Shown here one piece after another: positions 9,895-18,380 of a stretch of DNA of 64,000 bases (position 1 is its first letter; every line of letters starts with the position of its first letter). The notes beneath the pieces are model-generated. The model had not been told where the DNA came from. It saw nothing but the letters and a program-made list of their open reading frames with translations, and did not search any database. This DNA comes from Planctomycetota bacterium (GTDB taxonomy: Bacteria > Planctomycetota > UBA1135 > UBA2386). The stretch is from contig OZ245006.1 of NCBI GenBank assembly GCA_965223545.1, forward strand, positions 7,712,001-7,776,000, written 5' to 3'. A program made the translations under genes and the position numbers.

Positions 9895-10991
9895 TGACGG
9901 CGCGGGCGGGGCGGCGAGCACGCGTGCGCGGCCTGCTCGCCGCGCCCGTGCTGCTGGCCGGCGGCGCCTGCGTCACCACGCCGCTGGAGTTCGAGCGGTC
10001 GACTGCGCCGCTCGACCTGACCCCCGTCGTGGTGCCGATGGCCGGTGGCGGTGGGATGGGCGCCGGTCCGGCGGTGACCCAGTACTACACCAGCGTGCTG
10101 GAGCAGATGCAGGAAGCGCTGCTCGAGCGGGACGACGCCTGGCTGCGCCAGCTGGTGCGCAGTCACCGGCGCGACGACGCGCCGGCGTGGGCGCGCGAGC
10201 GCATCGATGGCTTTCGTGCGGCGGAGCGCGGCCTGGCGTTCGAGCGGTGGCTGCGGTCGTCGGCGCGGGTCGTGCCGCTGGCCGCGCCGGGCAACCTCGG
10301 CGCCGATCTCCAGCTCGCGCTACAAATCGGCGGCCGGTGGCCGCCGCACGAATCCGTCGTGCTGGGGGCCGACGGCGCCGGCTTCCTGGTGCGGATCACC
10401 GTGCGCGACACCGACGTGCTCGGCACGGTCACGATGCGCCGCAGTAGCGCCGTCCTGCGGGTCGAGCAGGCCGTCGACCTGATGGCAGAGGAAGTCCTTT
10501 CGCTGCCCTTCGGCGTCGCCTCGCCGTCCGACACCGCCGTCTTGCGCGACGTCGCGGTGGCCGCCTACGCGCTGCCGGGCGCCGTGCTCATCGATGGCGA
10601 GCGTTGTCCGTTGGCCGGCAATGTGCCCGCCGAACAGGCCGCTGATGGCGTCGACGACGCCGCGGTGGCGATCTGGTCGCTGCGCCAAGTCCCGGCCGGC
10701 GCCGAGCCGATCCGCGCCGAGCCCCTGCGCACCCTGCGCAACACGCTCCGCCTGCGGCGGCCCGAGTACGCCCGCCAGCAGTACCTCGCCGCGCTGTGGA
10801 TGCCGGCAGCCGATCGCGAACCCGCCGCCGAGCTGCTCATCGACCGCGTTCGCCTCGGCGAGCCCGATGAGGCCCGGCTGGCCATGGCCTGCCTCGCCGT
10901 CCTCACCGGCGAGTCGATCTCGGTCGAAGAGCGCGACGCATGGCTCCAGTGGTGGCAACACCGCGCCACGGTCCAAAGTCCGCGCCGCTGA
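9894..10991 (+). CDS. hypothetical lipoprotein
   Basis: lipobox-like LLAGGAC; translationally coupled to rpsA (TGATG). Confidence 0.65.
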   Translation: MTARAGRRARVRGLLAAPVLLAGGACVTTPLEFERSTAPLDLTPVVVPMAGGGGMGAGPAVTQYYTSVLEQMQEALLERDDAWLRQLVRSHRRDDAPAWARERIDGFRAAERGLAFERWLRSSARVVPLAAPGNLGADLQLALQIGGRWPPHESVVLGADGAGFLVRITVRDTDVLGTVTMRRSSAVLRVEQAVDLMAEEVLSLPFGVASPSDTAVLRDVAVAAYALPGAVLIDGERCPLAGNVPAEQAADGVDDAAVAIWSLRQVPAGAEPIRAEPLRTLRNTLRLRRPEYARQQYLAALWMPAADREPAAELLIDRVRLGEPDEARLAMACLAVLTGESISVEERDAWLQWWQHRATVQSPRR

Positions 10992-11094
10992 ACGTACGGA
11001 GTCAGGCTCGATTTTCTCGCTTCGCGGTGCTGCCCGGCCAACGGCCGGGCAGCACCGCGAAGCGAGAAAATCGAGCCTGACTCCGTACGTTCAG
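10988..11094. repeat. perfect 52-bp inverted repeat (3-nt loop), REP/MITE-like
   Basis: 10988-11039 is the exact reverse complement of 11043-11094; GTACGGAG...CTCCGTAC near the termini. Confidence 0.92.
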
Positions 11095-12470
11095 TGCTTG
11101 ATCGCCTGCCAGCGTTCGGCGTAGTTGGCGCCGAAGTCCGGTGACTGCTCGAGGTCGTGGCAGGTCAGGCAGGTGTTGTGGTCGCTGCGTTCGATCAGGG
11201 TCGGGTCGCCGTCTTCGATGTGCTTGCTGCCCGGACCGTGGCACTGCTCGCAGCCCACGTCGGCAAGCCGCGGGGTTTGCTTCGGGTTGACGAAGCCCGA
11301 CTCGTAGCCGTAGCCGACGGTGTGGCAGCGCACGCAGTCGGGGTAGCGGGTCACCGGCCAGCCGTAGCGATCGCCTTGCTCGGCCTCCTCCAAGGTGCGC
11401 CAGGCGTGCGCGTGCGCGGTGGTCTTCCAGACCTCGACCGCGTCCTCGTGGCAATCGACACAGGCGTCGTTGCCGACGTAGTGGGCGCCGTTCTCGGTGG
11501 GGATCACGCCCGCCATCTGCTCGAGCACGCCGCCCTCGGCGACCATCTGCCGGTGGGCGAGTAGGGCGAGCTTGGCGTCGCGGTCCTCGAGCGCGCCCTT
11601 GGCGGTCTCGCTGCCCTGCAGCCGGATGACTCGGTAGCGGGTGACCACCGGGGCGTCGTCCTTGCGGGTCAAGGTGACGTCGAGCAGCATGCGGCCGCGG
11701 GTGCCGACGAAAACCACCGGGACCGGATTGCCGGGTTCGAGCGCGGGTGGCGGCTCGGCGATTTCGGCGCAAACGCCGACGACGAGATCGGGTGCCGGCT
11801 GCAGCGCGGCCTGGGCGCGCACGTCGGCGGGGCTGCCGTGTACCAGCAGGATCCTCAGGGCATCGCTGGGCACGCCGGCCATCGCCGCGCTCCACGCGGC
11901 GGCCGGCGGCACGAGCTCGAGGCGCGCGGCGGCCGGCTCCGGCACCGACAGTGCCAGCGCACCGACCCGCACCGACACCTCGCCGGCTTGCAGGTCGAGG
12001 TGTGTCGGCACGGCCCAGGGCGAGCCCTCGGGCGAGGCCAGGTCGGAGCAGACGAACGGAAACGCGCTGGTGTACGCCGCCAGCTCCTCGAGCGGCAAGT
12101 CCAGCTCGTTGGGGCCGACGCCGATGGCGTGGTACTCGGACTGCGGCATCGCCAGCAGGCTGAGCGCGGTCATCAGCTTCATGCTGTCGAGGGGCGTGCC
12201 GCCGGTCACCAAGTTGCCGCCCTCGAGCAGCAGGTCGAACTCCTTGTCCTGGCGCAGATGGAATACCCGTCGCGGCAGGCCGCCGAGTTGGGCGGCGGCG
12301 CAGCCGCAGGGCTCGAGCCGCCCCTGCATCGCCCCGCTCAGCCGCAGCCGCACGCGCGGCTCGGTCGCCGCTGGCGCGGCCTGCGCCTGCTCCGCCGGAG
12401 GGGTACAGGTGGGCGCGAGGGTGAGGCCGGCGACTGCGACCATGAAGGTGGACTGGGCCAGACGAGGCAT
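11091..12470 (-). CDS. tetraheme cytochrome c554-like protein with N-terminal UshA/5'-nucleotidase-like domain
   Basis: four CxxCH motifs (CVDCH, CVRCH, CEQCH, CLTCH); LEPCGC..LGGLPRR N-terminal motif. Confidence 0.8.
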   Translation of the reverse strand: MPRLAQSTFMVAVAGLTLAPTCTPPAEQAQAAPAATEPRVRLRLSGAMQGRLEPCGCAAAQLGGLPRRVFHLRQDKEFDLLLEGGNLVTGGTPLDSMKLMTALSLLAMPQSEYHAIGVGPNELDLPLEELAAYTSAFPFVCSDLASPEGSPWAVPTHLDLQAGEVSVRVGALALSVPEPAAARLELVPPAAAWSAAMAGVPSDALRILLVHGSPADVRAQAALQPAPDLVVGVCAEIAEPPPALEPGNPVPVVFVGTRGRMLLDVTLTRKDDAPVVTRYRVIRLQGSETAKGALEDRDAKLALLAHRQMVAEGGVLEQMAGVIPTENGAHYVGNDACVDCHEDAVEVWKTTAHAHAWRTLEEAEQGDRYGWPVTRYPDCVRCHTVGYGYESGFVNPKQTPRLADVGCEQCHGPGSKHIEDGDPTLIERSDHNTCLTCHDLEQSPDFGANYAERWQAIKH

Positions 12471-12485
12471 CGGGGCTCCGCGATT

Positions 12486-13664
12486 TCAGTGATCGGCCTT
12501 GCGAAAGCCGTAGAAGGGAATCTCGACCACGACCTTCGGTGACGCCGGCTTGCCGACCCGGACGACACCGCGGAAGCTGTCCCCGTCGAGGGTGCCGAGG
12601 TAGCGCAGGGTCAGGCGGGCCTGATGGGGCGCGCCGACCAACGGGTCCAGCCTGGCCTCGAAGTGCTCGGCCAGCGACACGCCTTTGCGGTCGATGATCC
12701 CGCGCACTTCGAAGCCGGGCTCGCGGTCGGCGTGGTCGGTGAGCAGCAGGAACTTGTCGTCGCCAGTGGGTTCGTCGAACGGGATCCTGCCGAAGCTCAG
12801 ATCGGGCCACGGCTCGACCTGGATCTCGGGAATCACCTGTCCGGAGACGGGGATGCGCAAGGTGTAGGCGGGCTCCAGCGTCGAGCTGACGGTGATCGTC
12901 GCGGTGAGCGGCCCCAGCGCGCCCGTGCCGGCGCGGGGATCGATGTGCAGGTCGAGCTTCTGCCGGCCGTTCTCGACGCCGTGCAGGGTGGCCACGACGC
13001 GGCCGTTGTCGACCAGGGCGGGGCCGAAGACCACTCCCGGCGTGTCGGCGATCAGCTCGACCGTCCGGGTCAGCGTCTTGGCCAGCGGCAGCGTGCCGAA
13101 GTCGACGTGCGCCGCGGGTTGGACCGAGACCGGAGAGTCGATCGCGAAGTGAAAGCGCACCGGCAGTGGCACGTGTGGGTGGTCTTCGTCGCCCTCCGCG
13201 CGTTGCAAGATCGCGGCGCCGTCGAGCGTGCGGCGCTCCTGGTCGACGGCCTCCTTGAGGTTGGTGTCGATGGTCAGACGGAGCAACAGCCGGTCGCCCT
13301 GCTGCAGGGTCTTGTAGGCGTGCGGCAGGTGGTCGACCTCGCGCTCGGAGCCGAGGCGGTCGATGATGACGAAGCGATGGCCCGCGCACGAGCAGCCGGA
13401 GCGAAAGCCGATCGGCGCGTAGCCGACGGCGTCGTGCGCGGCGGTGATGTCGAAGTCATGCGTCACCACGTCCCCGTGCCGCAGGCTGCCGAAGTCATGC
13501 TCCAGGACGATGTCGCCGGGATCCAGCTGCCCAGCGATGGGCGCTTCCGCCGTTCCGGTCGCCGGATCGGCGGTGGACGCGTCCGATTTGCTGCAGCCGA
13601 CTCCGGCAAGAGTGGCTGCCAGCAACGGAAGACCGGTGCGAAACATCGCGCGGGCAAGGATCAT
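12486..13664 (-). CDS. lipoprotein, DUF1573/Ig-like repeats
   Basis: lipobox LAGVGC; HDFG..HDF; SGCSC; repeated VDFG/LSFG beta-sandwich motifs. Confidence 0.65.
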   Translation of the reverse strand: MILARAMFRTGLPLLAATLAGVGCSKSDASTADPATGTAEAPIAGQLDPGDIVLEHDFGSLRHGDVVTHDFDITAAHDAVGYAPIGFRSGCSCAGHRFVIIDRLGSEREVDHLPHAYKTLQQGDRLLLRLTIDTNLKEAVDQERRTLDGAAILQRAEGDEDHPHVPLPVRFHFAIDSPVSVQPAAHVDFGTLPLAKTLTRTVELIADTPGVVFGPALVDNGRVVATLHGVENGRQKLDLHIDPRAGTGALGPLTATITVSSTLEPAYTLRIPVSGQVIPEIQVEPWPDLSFGRIPFDEPTGDDKFLLLTDHADREPGFEVRGIIDRKGVSLAEHFEARLDPLVGAPHQARLTLRYLGTLDGDSFRGVVRVGKPASPKVVVEIPFYGFRKADH

Positions 13665-13786
13665 GGGGGGGCGTGCCGGGGCGGTCGGTGGACGTCGGGG
13701 GCCAAGCATGCCGCAGGATAGTCGTCTCACCCCGGCCTGCAACGCGCGGGTCGCCCGACAACTCCACCGCGGTCCCGATTCGGCTT

Positions 13787-13850
13787 AAATGACCGGGGGC
13801 CGCGGCCGCGGCCCCCGTATCGTCCATTCGCAAGCAAGGAGGTGAGTCAT
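13787..13850 (-). ncRNA. candidate sigma54-dependent sRNA with anti-SD motif
   Basis: starts at the predicted sigma54 +1; contains UCACCUCCUU; ends in a 24-bp perfect palindrome followed by GUCAUUU. Confidence 0.45.
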
Positions 13851-13859
13851 GCTCCTCGT

Positions 13860-13875
13860 AGCAATGACCTTGCCA
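13860..13875 (-). promoter_or_regulatory. sigma54 (-24/-12) promoter
   Basis: minus strand TGGCAAG-GTCA-TTGCT vs consensus TGGCACG-N4-TTGCW. Confidence 0.7.
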
Positions 13876-14052
13876 GCGCCGACAAAAAATCGCGGCCGCC
13901 GGCACTCTCCGCGCTGCCAAGGGCATCTCCCGAGCCCTCCCCCGCAACCGCAGCCGCCGCCCCGGCAGCCAAACCATGGCACGCCTGCCACGGTCGGTGG
14001 CGCCGGCACCATGGTCACCCGCAAGATGATGGTACGGAGCCTGACCTGAAAC

Positions 14053-15435
14053 TCACCCAGCCTCGACGATCGGTATGAGCTTGTACCCGAGGGATTTAGC
14101 GTTCTGTCGGAGTCCGACGATGCGTCGCTGGGTGAAGCGCTCCTCGTAGGCCTTGGCGCCTTCGTCTACGTAGTCCTGGCCGAACTTCAGCATGCGGTAG
14201 ATGAGCAGGGCCAGTTTGCGGGCGATGGCAAAGATGGCGACGTTGCCGTCCTTCGCGCGGGCGATCTTGCGGAAGTGTGCGCCGAGAGCTGTCTGAGTAC
14301 GTTGGAGGGACAGGGCGGCCATCCGGAGGACCGTGGCGATCCTGCTGACCGCGATGTTGTTGCGGTGCTTCTTGATGCGCTTTCCACCCGAGACGGCTTG
14401 ACGTGGGCACAGGCGTAGCCAGGAGACGAAGTGCTTCTCGGTCGGGAAAGCATCGAGGTCGTAGCCGACCTCGGTGAGCACGATCATGGCCGTGCTCGGG
14501 CTGATACCGTCGATTCGCGTGAGATCACACCCGACGAGCCGGCAGAGGGCATCGCGAAGCTCCCGGCCGCCCTTCGTTCGGATGCTCCTCTCCTTGCGGG
14601 GGTCTGGATGCTCGGGGACGTCGGCCGTCTTGGCTTCCTCCGGTTGCAGGTCCTCGATCATCGCCATCAATCGCTTCTCGACCGACTCGATCTCGTGGTC
14701 GGTGTGCTCGAGCATCCGCAAGCCCGAAGCGAGAGTGAAGATGTGCTCCTCGATCCAGGTCCCTTGCAAGTGATCCGCGAGCTCCTTCTCGGAGATCTTG
14801 CAGCGCGGATCACGCAGTCTGGCGAGCGCTCGAGGGTCGCGTTCACCAGCGAGAATCGCGCGGATGATCGCGAGGCCGGTCTTGCCGGTGATGTCCGTTA
14901 CCGCGCGATGGATCGCCACGTTCATCTGATCCAGTGACCGCTGCATCAACTGCGTGTGGCGCGTGCGCTGCGCGATCAAAGACGCGGCATGGCGTTGCAG
15001 GGTCCGCAACGCACAGATGTCCTTCGGAGGCCGGAACGAAGCGCGAATGAGGCCATAGGTGTGTAGCTTCTGCAGCCAACTGCAATCGCTGGCATCGGAC
15101 TTGGAGCGGCCCGGCACGTTCTTCACCTCGCGGGCATTCGCGAGGATGACCTCGAAGCCTCTCGACTCGAGTAGCTCGTAGACGGGAATCCAGTAGACAT
15201 AGGTGCTCTCCATCGCGACGGATCGCACTCCGAGCTCCTCCAGCCAGTCCGCGAGCGCCTCTAGTTGGGGCGTCGTCGTTCCGAATCGCTTGATCGGACG
15301 ACTGCCGTCGGGTGCTGCTGCGCACACCCAGTGCTCGCGGCTGCCGATGTCGATTCCGGCGGCGTTGGGCTTCACGACTGGTAATACTTCCGCTGCGGGC
15401 TTCTTGCCCTTCCTCGTTCTGCCCTTCCGAGCCAT
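14053..15435 (-). CDS. IS110 family transposase/recombinase
   Basis: RuvC-like DEDD (GIDIG, MESTYVYW, KSDASDC), C-terminal IDGIS...AVSGGK with catalytic-type Ser, AIARKLA..IYRML; SD AAGGAGG. Confidence 0.95.
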   Translation of the reverse strand: MARKGRTRKGKKPAAEVLPVVKPNAAGIDIGSREHWVCAAAPDGSRPIKRFGTTTPQLEALADWLEELGVRSVAMESTYVYWIPVYELLESRGFEVILANAREVKNVPGRSKSDASDCSWLQKLHTYGLIRASFRPPKDICALRTLQRHAASLIAQRTRHTQLMQRSLDQMNVAIHRAVTDITGKTGLAIIRAILAGERDPRALARLRDPRCKISEKELADHLQGTWIEEHIFTLASGLRMLEHTDHEIESVEKRLMAMIEDLQPEEAKTADVPEHPDPRKERSIRTKGGRELRDALCRLVGCDLTRIDGISPSTAMIVLTEVGYDLDAFPTEKHFVSWLRLCPRQAVSGGKRIKKHRNNIAVSRIATVLRMAALSLQRTQTALGAHFRKIARAKDGNVAIFAIARKLALLIYRMLKFGQDYVDEGAKAYEERFTQRRIVGLRQNAKSLGYKLIPIVEAG

Positions 15436-15451
15436 ACTTCATCCTCCTTGT

Positions 15452-15617
15452 TGTGGTGGGCCCGGCCCGAGGCGGCGATCAAACGAATCTGACCTGCGGG
15501 AGTGGGCACGGCGACGTGCCCCTCACCAGTGAAGGATGGCCAACTCGGACCCAGACTGGCTCTGGGGCAAACGTGCTCCAGTGGCTATTGGGGGCGTAGC
15601 TGCCGGGCCCCTCACAC
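15452..15617. ncRNA. putative bridge/seek RNA in the IS110 non-coding end
   Basis: outer stem GGGCCCGGC/GCCGGGCCC, internal hairpins, and CTGACCTGC (15489-15497) identical to the reconstructed target junction. Confidence 0.65.
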
Positions 15618-15700
15618 GTTCCCCGCCCCCTTCCTCAGCGGCTAGTTTCCTGCCCTGAAGGGCCGACAAAATCTGTCGGGGCAGGACTGGCTCCGTACCG

Positions 15701-17059
15701 TCAGATGCCGTGGCGCCGCAGTTTGCGATAGAGCGTGGTCACGTCGATCTGCAGCGCGCGCGCGGCCGCCGTCTTGTTGCCGCCGGCCTCGGCCAGCGCC
15801 TCGCGCAGCAGCCGGCCTTCGAGCTGCTCGGTCGCGGCGCGCACCCGGTCGGCGAGCGAGCCCGAGGTCGCGGAGGTGACGCCGTCGCTGGTGCCCGGGC
15901 CGTGCAGACCGAGGTCGGCGACGTCGATCTCGCGCCCGCCGCAGACCAGCACCGCCCGTCGCACCGCATTGCGCAGCTCGCGCAGGTTGCCGGGCCAGGG
16001 ATGCGCCTCCAGCGCTGCCATCGCGGCCGCGGTCAGGCCGGTGACTTGGCAGCCGAGCTCGGCGGTGGCCTCGCCCAAGAATTGCTCGACGAAGTGGTGC
16101 AGGTCCGTGGGGCGGGTGCGCAGCGGGGGGATCTCGACGCGGAACTCGGCCACGCGGTGGTAGAGGTCGATGCGAAACGCGCCGGCGCCGATGGCGTCCT
16201 CGAGCTGGGCGTTGGTGGCGCACAGCAGCCGCGCCTCGAACGGCACCGGCTCGCCGCCGCCGACCGGCGCCACGACGCGTTCTTGCAGAGTGCGCAGCAG
16301 CTTGGCCTGCAGCGCCAACGGCAGGTTGCCCAACTCGTCGAGGAACAGCGTGCCGCCGTGCGCGGTGCGAAACAGACCCGGGCTGGCGCTGTCGGCGCCG
16401 GTGAATGCGCCCTTCTTGTGGCCGAACAGCTGGCTCTCCATCAGCGGCTCGGGCAGCGCGCCACAGTCGACGGCCACGAACGGGCCGCTGGCGGCCGGCG
16501 AGCGCCGGTGGATCTCGCGGGCGACCACCTCCTTGCCGGTGCCGGACTCGCCCTGGATCAACACCGACAGCGTGGGTTGTGGCGCGACCAGATCGATCGC
16601 GCGCTGCAGCTCGAGGGCCGCCGGGCTGCTGCCGAAACCGACCTTCTGGCGCGCCAGCCGCGTCTTCAGCGTGGCGACTTCGCGCCGCAGCGCACCGCGC
16701 TCGGCGGCCCGCCGCACCGTGGCCAGCAGCCGGTCCGCATCGAACGGCTTGGACAGGTAGTCGTAGGCGCCGTCGCGCATGGCGCCGACCGCGGTGTCGA
16801 CGTCCTCGACCGCCGAAAGCAGGATCACCGGCATGTCCGGCTTGCTCTCGGCCAGCGCGCGCAACATCGCCACCCCGTCCATCTCCGGCATGCGGATGTC
16901 GGACAGCACGACGTCGGGCGGCGTGTCGCGCACCGCGTCGAGCGCGGCGGCTCCGTGCTCGGCTTCGCGCACGGCGAAACCGTGGTCGCGCAGCAGGCGC
17001 CCGAGCACCCAGCGCATGTCGGGCTCGTCGTCGACGATCAGGACGGTAGATTCGCGCAT
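15701..17059 (-). CDS. sigma54-dependent response regulator
   Basis: receiver domain, GESGTGKE, GAFTGA, FLDELG, WPGNLRELRN, Fis HTH. Confidence 0.93.
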   Translation of the reverse strand: MRESTVLIVDDEPDMRWVLGRLLRDHGFAVREAEHGAAALDAVRDTPPDVVLSDIRMPEMDGVAMLRALAESKPDMPVILLSAVEDVDTAVGAMRDGAYDYLSKPFDADRLLATVRRAAERGALRREVATLKTRLARQKVGFGSSPAALELQRAIDLVAPQPTLSVLIQGESGTGKEVVAREIHRRSPAASGPFVAVDCGALPEPLMESQLFGHKKGAFTGADSASPGLFRTAHGGTLFLDELGNLPLALQAKLLRTLQERVVAPVGGGEPVPFEARLLCATNAQLEDAIGAGAFRIDLYHRVAEFRVEIPPLRTRPTDLHHFVEQFLGEATAELGCQVTGLTAAAMAALEAHPWPGNLRELRNAVRRAVLVCGGREIDVADLGLHGPGTSDGVTSATSGSLADRVRAATEQLEGRLLREALAEAGGNKTAAARALQIDVTTLYRKLRRHGI

Positions 17060-18318
17060 GCCAAACTCCGGTGGCGGGGTGCGGGGGCGGGCTCGAGCTG
17101 CGCCGGCAGCAACAGCAGCGCGCGCGCCCCGCCGCAAGCGCGCGGAAACAGCCCGACGCGGCCGCCGAGTTCCTCGATCCCGCGCCGCGTCGACAGCAAT
17201 CCCAGCCCGGACCCCTCTCGCTTGGTGGTGAAGAACGGTTGGAACAGCTTCTGCCGGGTGTTTTCGTCGATGCCGGTGCCGCGGTCCTCGATGCTCACCG
17301 CGGCCAGCGCCGCGCCGCCGAGGCGGAACGGCCGGCAACGCAACGCGACCGCGCCGCCCTCGGCCGATGCCTGCAGCGCATTCATCAGCAGATTGACCAG
17401 CGCCTGCAGTAGACGCTTGCGGTCGGTCTCGACCACGAGCGGTGGGTTGCCGCTGGCGTCCACCGCCACGCCGCGCCGGCGGGCCTCGGGCGCGACCAGC
17501 GCGGCGAGCTCGCTGAGCGTCGCGGCGAGATCGAGCCGCCCGGCCTCGCCACTGCGCGGCTGACCGACCTCGAGCAGCCCGGCGATCGTGCGCTCGGCAC
17601 GGTCGACGTTGCGCTGCATCACCGACAAGTGGTCGGCGATGTCACCATCACGGCCGTGGCTCGTGTGCAGCGCTTGCGCCGCGGCCTTGATGATCGCCAG
17701 CGGGTTGCGCAGATCGTGTGCCAAGCCGGCGGACAGCTCGGCGATCGCGTGCACCCTCTGGGTTTGCTCGAGGCGCTGCTCGATGCGCGCCCGGGCGTGC
17801 TCGGAGCGCTGCAAGCGGCCCTTGGTGCGGTCGTAGCGCTCGCGCAGGAGTTGCTGGCCGGCGAGCAGTTCGGGGATCCACAGCACGATGCCGTAGGAGA
17901 CCATGCTCAATCCCAGTAGGAACACCGCGCCGCGTTCCAGCGTCGCCACCCAGACCGATTCGACCCATGGCTGCTCGGACGCCAACCAGCGGGTGGCCGC
18001 CGCGAGCACGTAGCCCAGGGTCAACACCGCGAACCCACCCTGCACCAGGAGGAAGGGCAGCACCCGGATCTCCGGTTGCCGGCGTCCCAACCAGTGGAAG
18101 AAGCCCCAGAGCACCGCGAAGTACAGCGGCCGCAACAGCGGATCCGTGGCGGGGTCGCCGGCGAACCAGGCGACGAGGATGGTCATCACCGTGATCGCAG
18201 CGCACGCCGTGACGGTGCCGGGGACCGCGGGGCGTGGTGGGGCGGCCGGCTGGGTGAGGCTCCCCGCCACGTCCTGCGCATGACCGTCGGCCGCGGAGAG
18301 AGCGGTGGTGCGAGACAC
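17038..18318 (-). CDS. membrane sensor histidine kinase
   Basis: several TM helices, HDLRNPL, NLLMNALQA, DRGTG, FQPFFTTK, GSGLGL; start uncertain. Confidence 0.88.
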   Translation of the reverse strand: MSRTTALSAADGHAQDVAGSLTQPAAPPRPAVPGTVTACAAITVMTILVAWFAGDPATDPLLRPLYFAVLWGFFHWLGRRQPEIRVLPFLLVQGGFAVLTLGYVLAAATRWLASEQPWVESVWVATLERGAVFLLGLSMVSYGIVLWIPELLAGQQLLRERYDRTKGRLQRSEHARARIEQRLEQTQRVHAIAELSAGLAHDLRNPLAIIKAAAQALHTSHGRDGDIADHLSVMQRNVDRAERTIAGLLEVGQPRSGEAGRLDLAATLSELAALVAPEARRRGVAVDASGNPPLVVETDRKRLLQALVNLLMNALQASAEGGAVALRCRPFRLGGAALAAVSIEDRGTGIDENTRQKLFQPFFTTKREGSGLGLLSTRRGIEELGGRVGLFPRACGGARALLLLPAQLEPAPAPRHRSLACANLPS

Positions 18319-18380
18319 GGCCCTCTTGCTATCGGCAATTCGGGGGCCGCGAGAGCAGCGTTCGGCGCCTTTGGGACGCC

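Larger units (their letters stand above)
14046..15651 (-). mobile_element. IS110-family insertion sequence
   Basis: DEDD transposase; CT core (within CCTG) at both junctions; GAAACT/AGTTTC at the ends; long upstream non-coding end; flanks rejoin into a palindrome. Confidence 0.88.

Noticed and set aside
13849..14049. 66-aa + strand ORF with a perfect SD (AAGGAGGTGA)
   Set aside because: Low-complexity product, poor codon usage, and its stop lies in the IS junction; better explained by the opposite-strand sigma54 RNA, though not excluded
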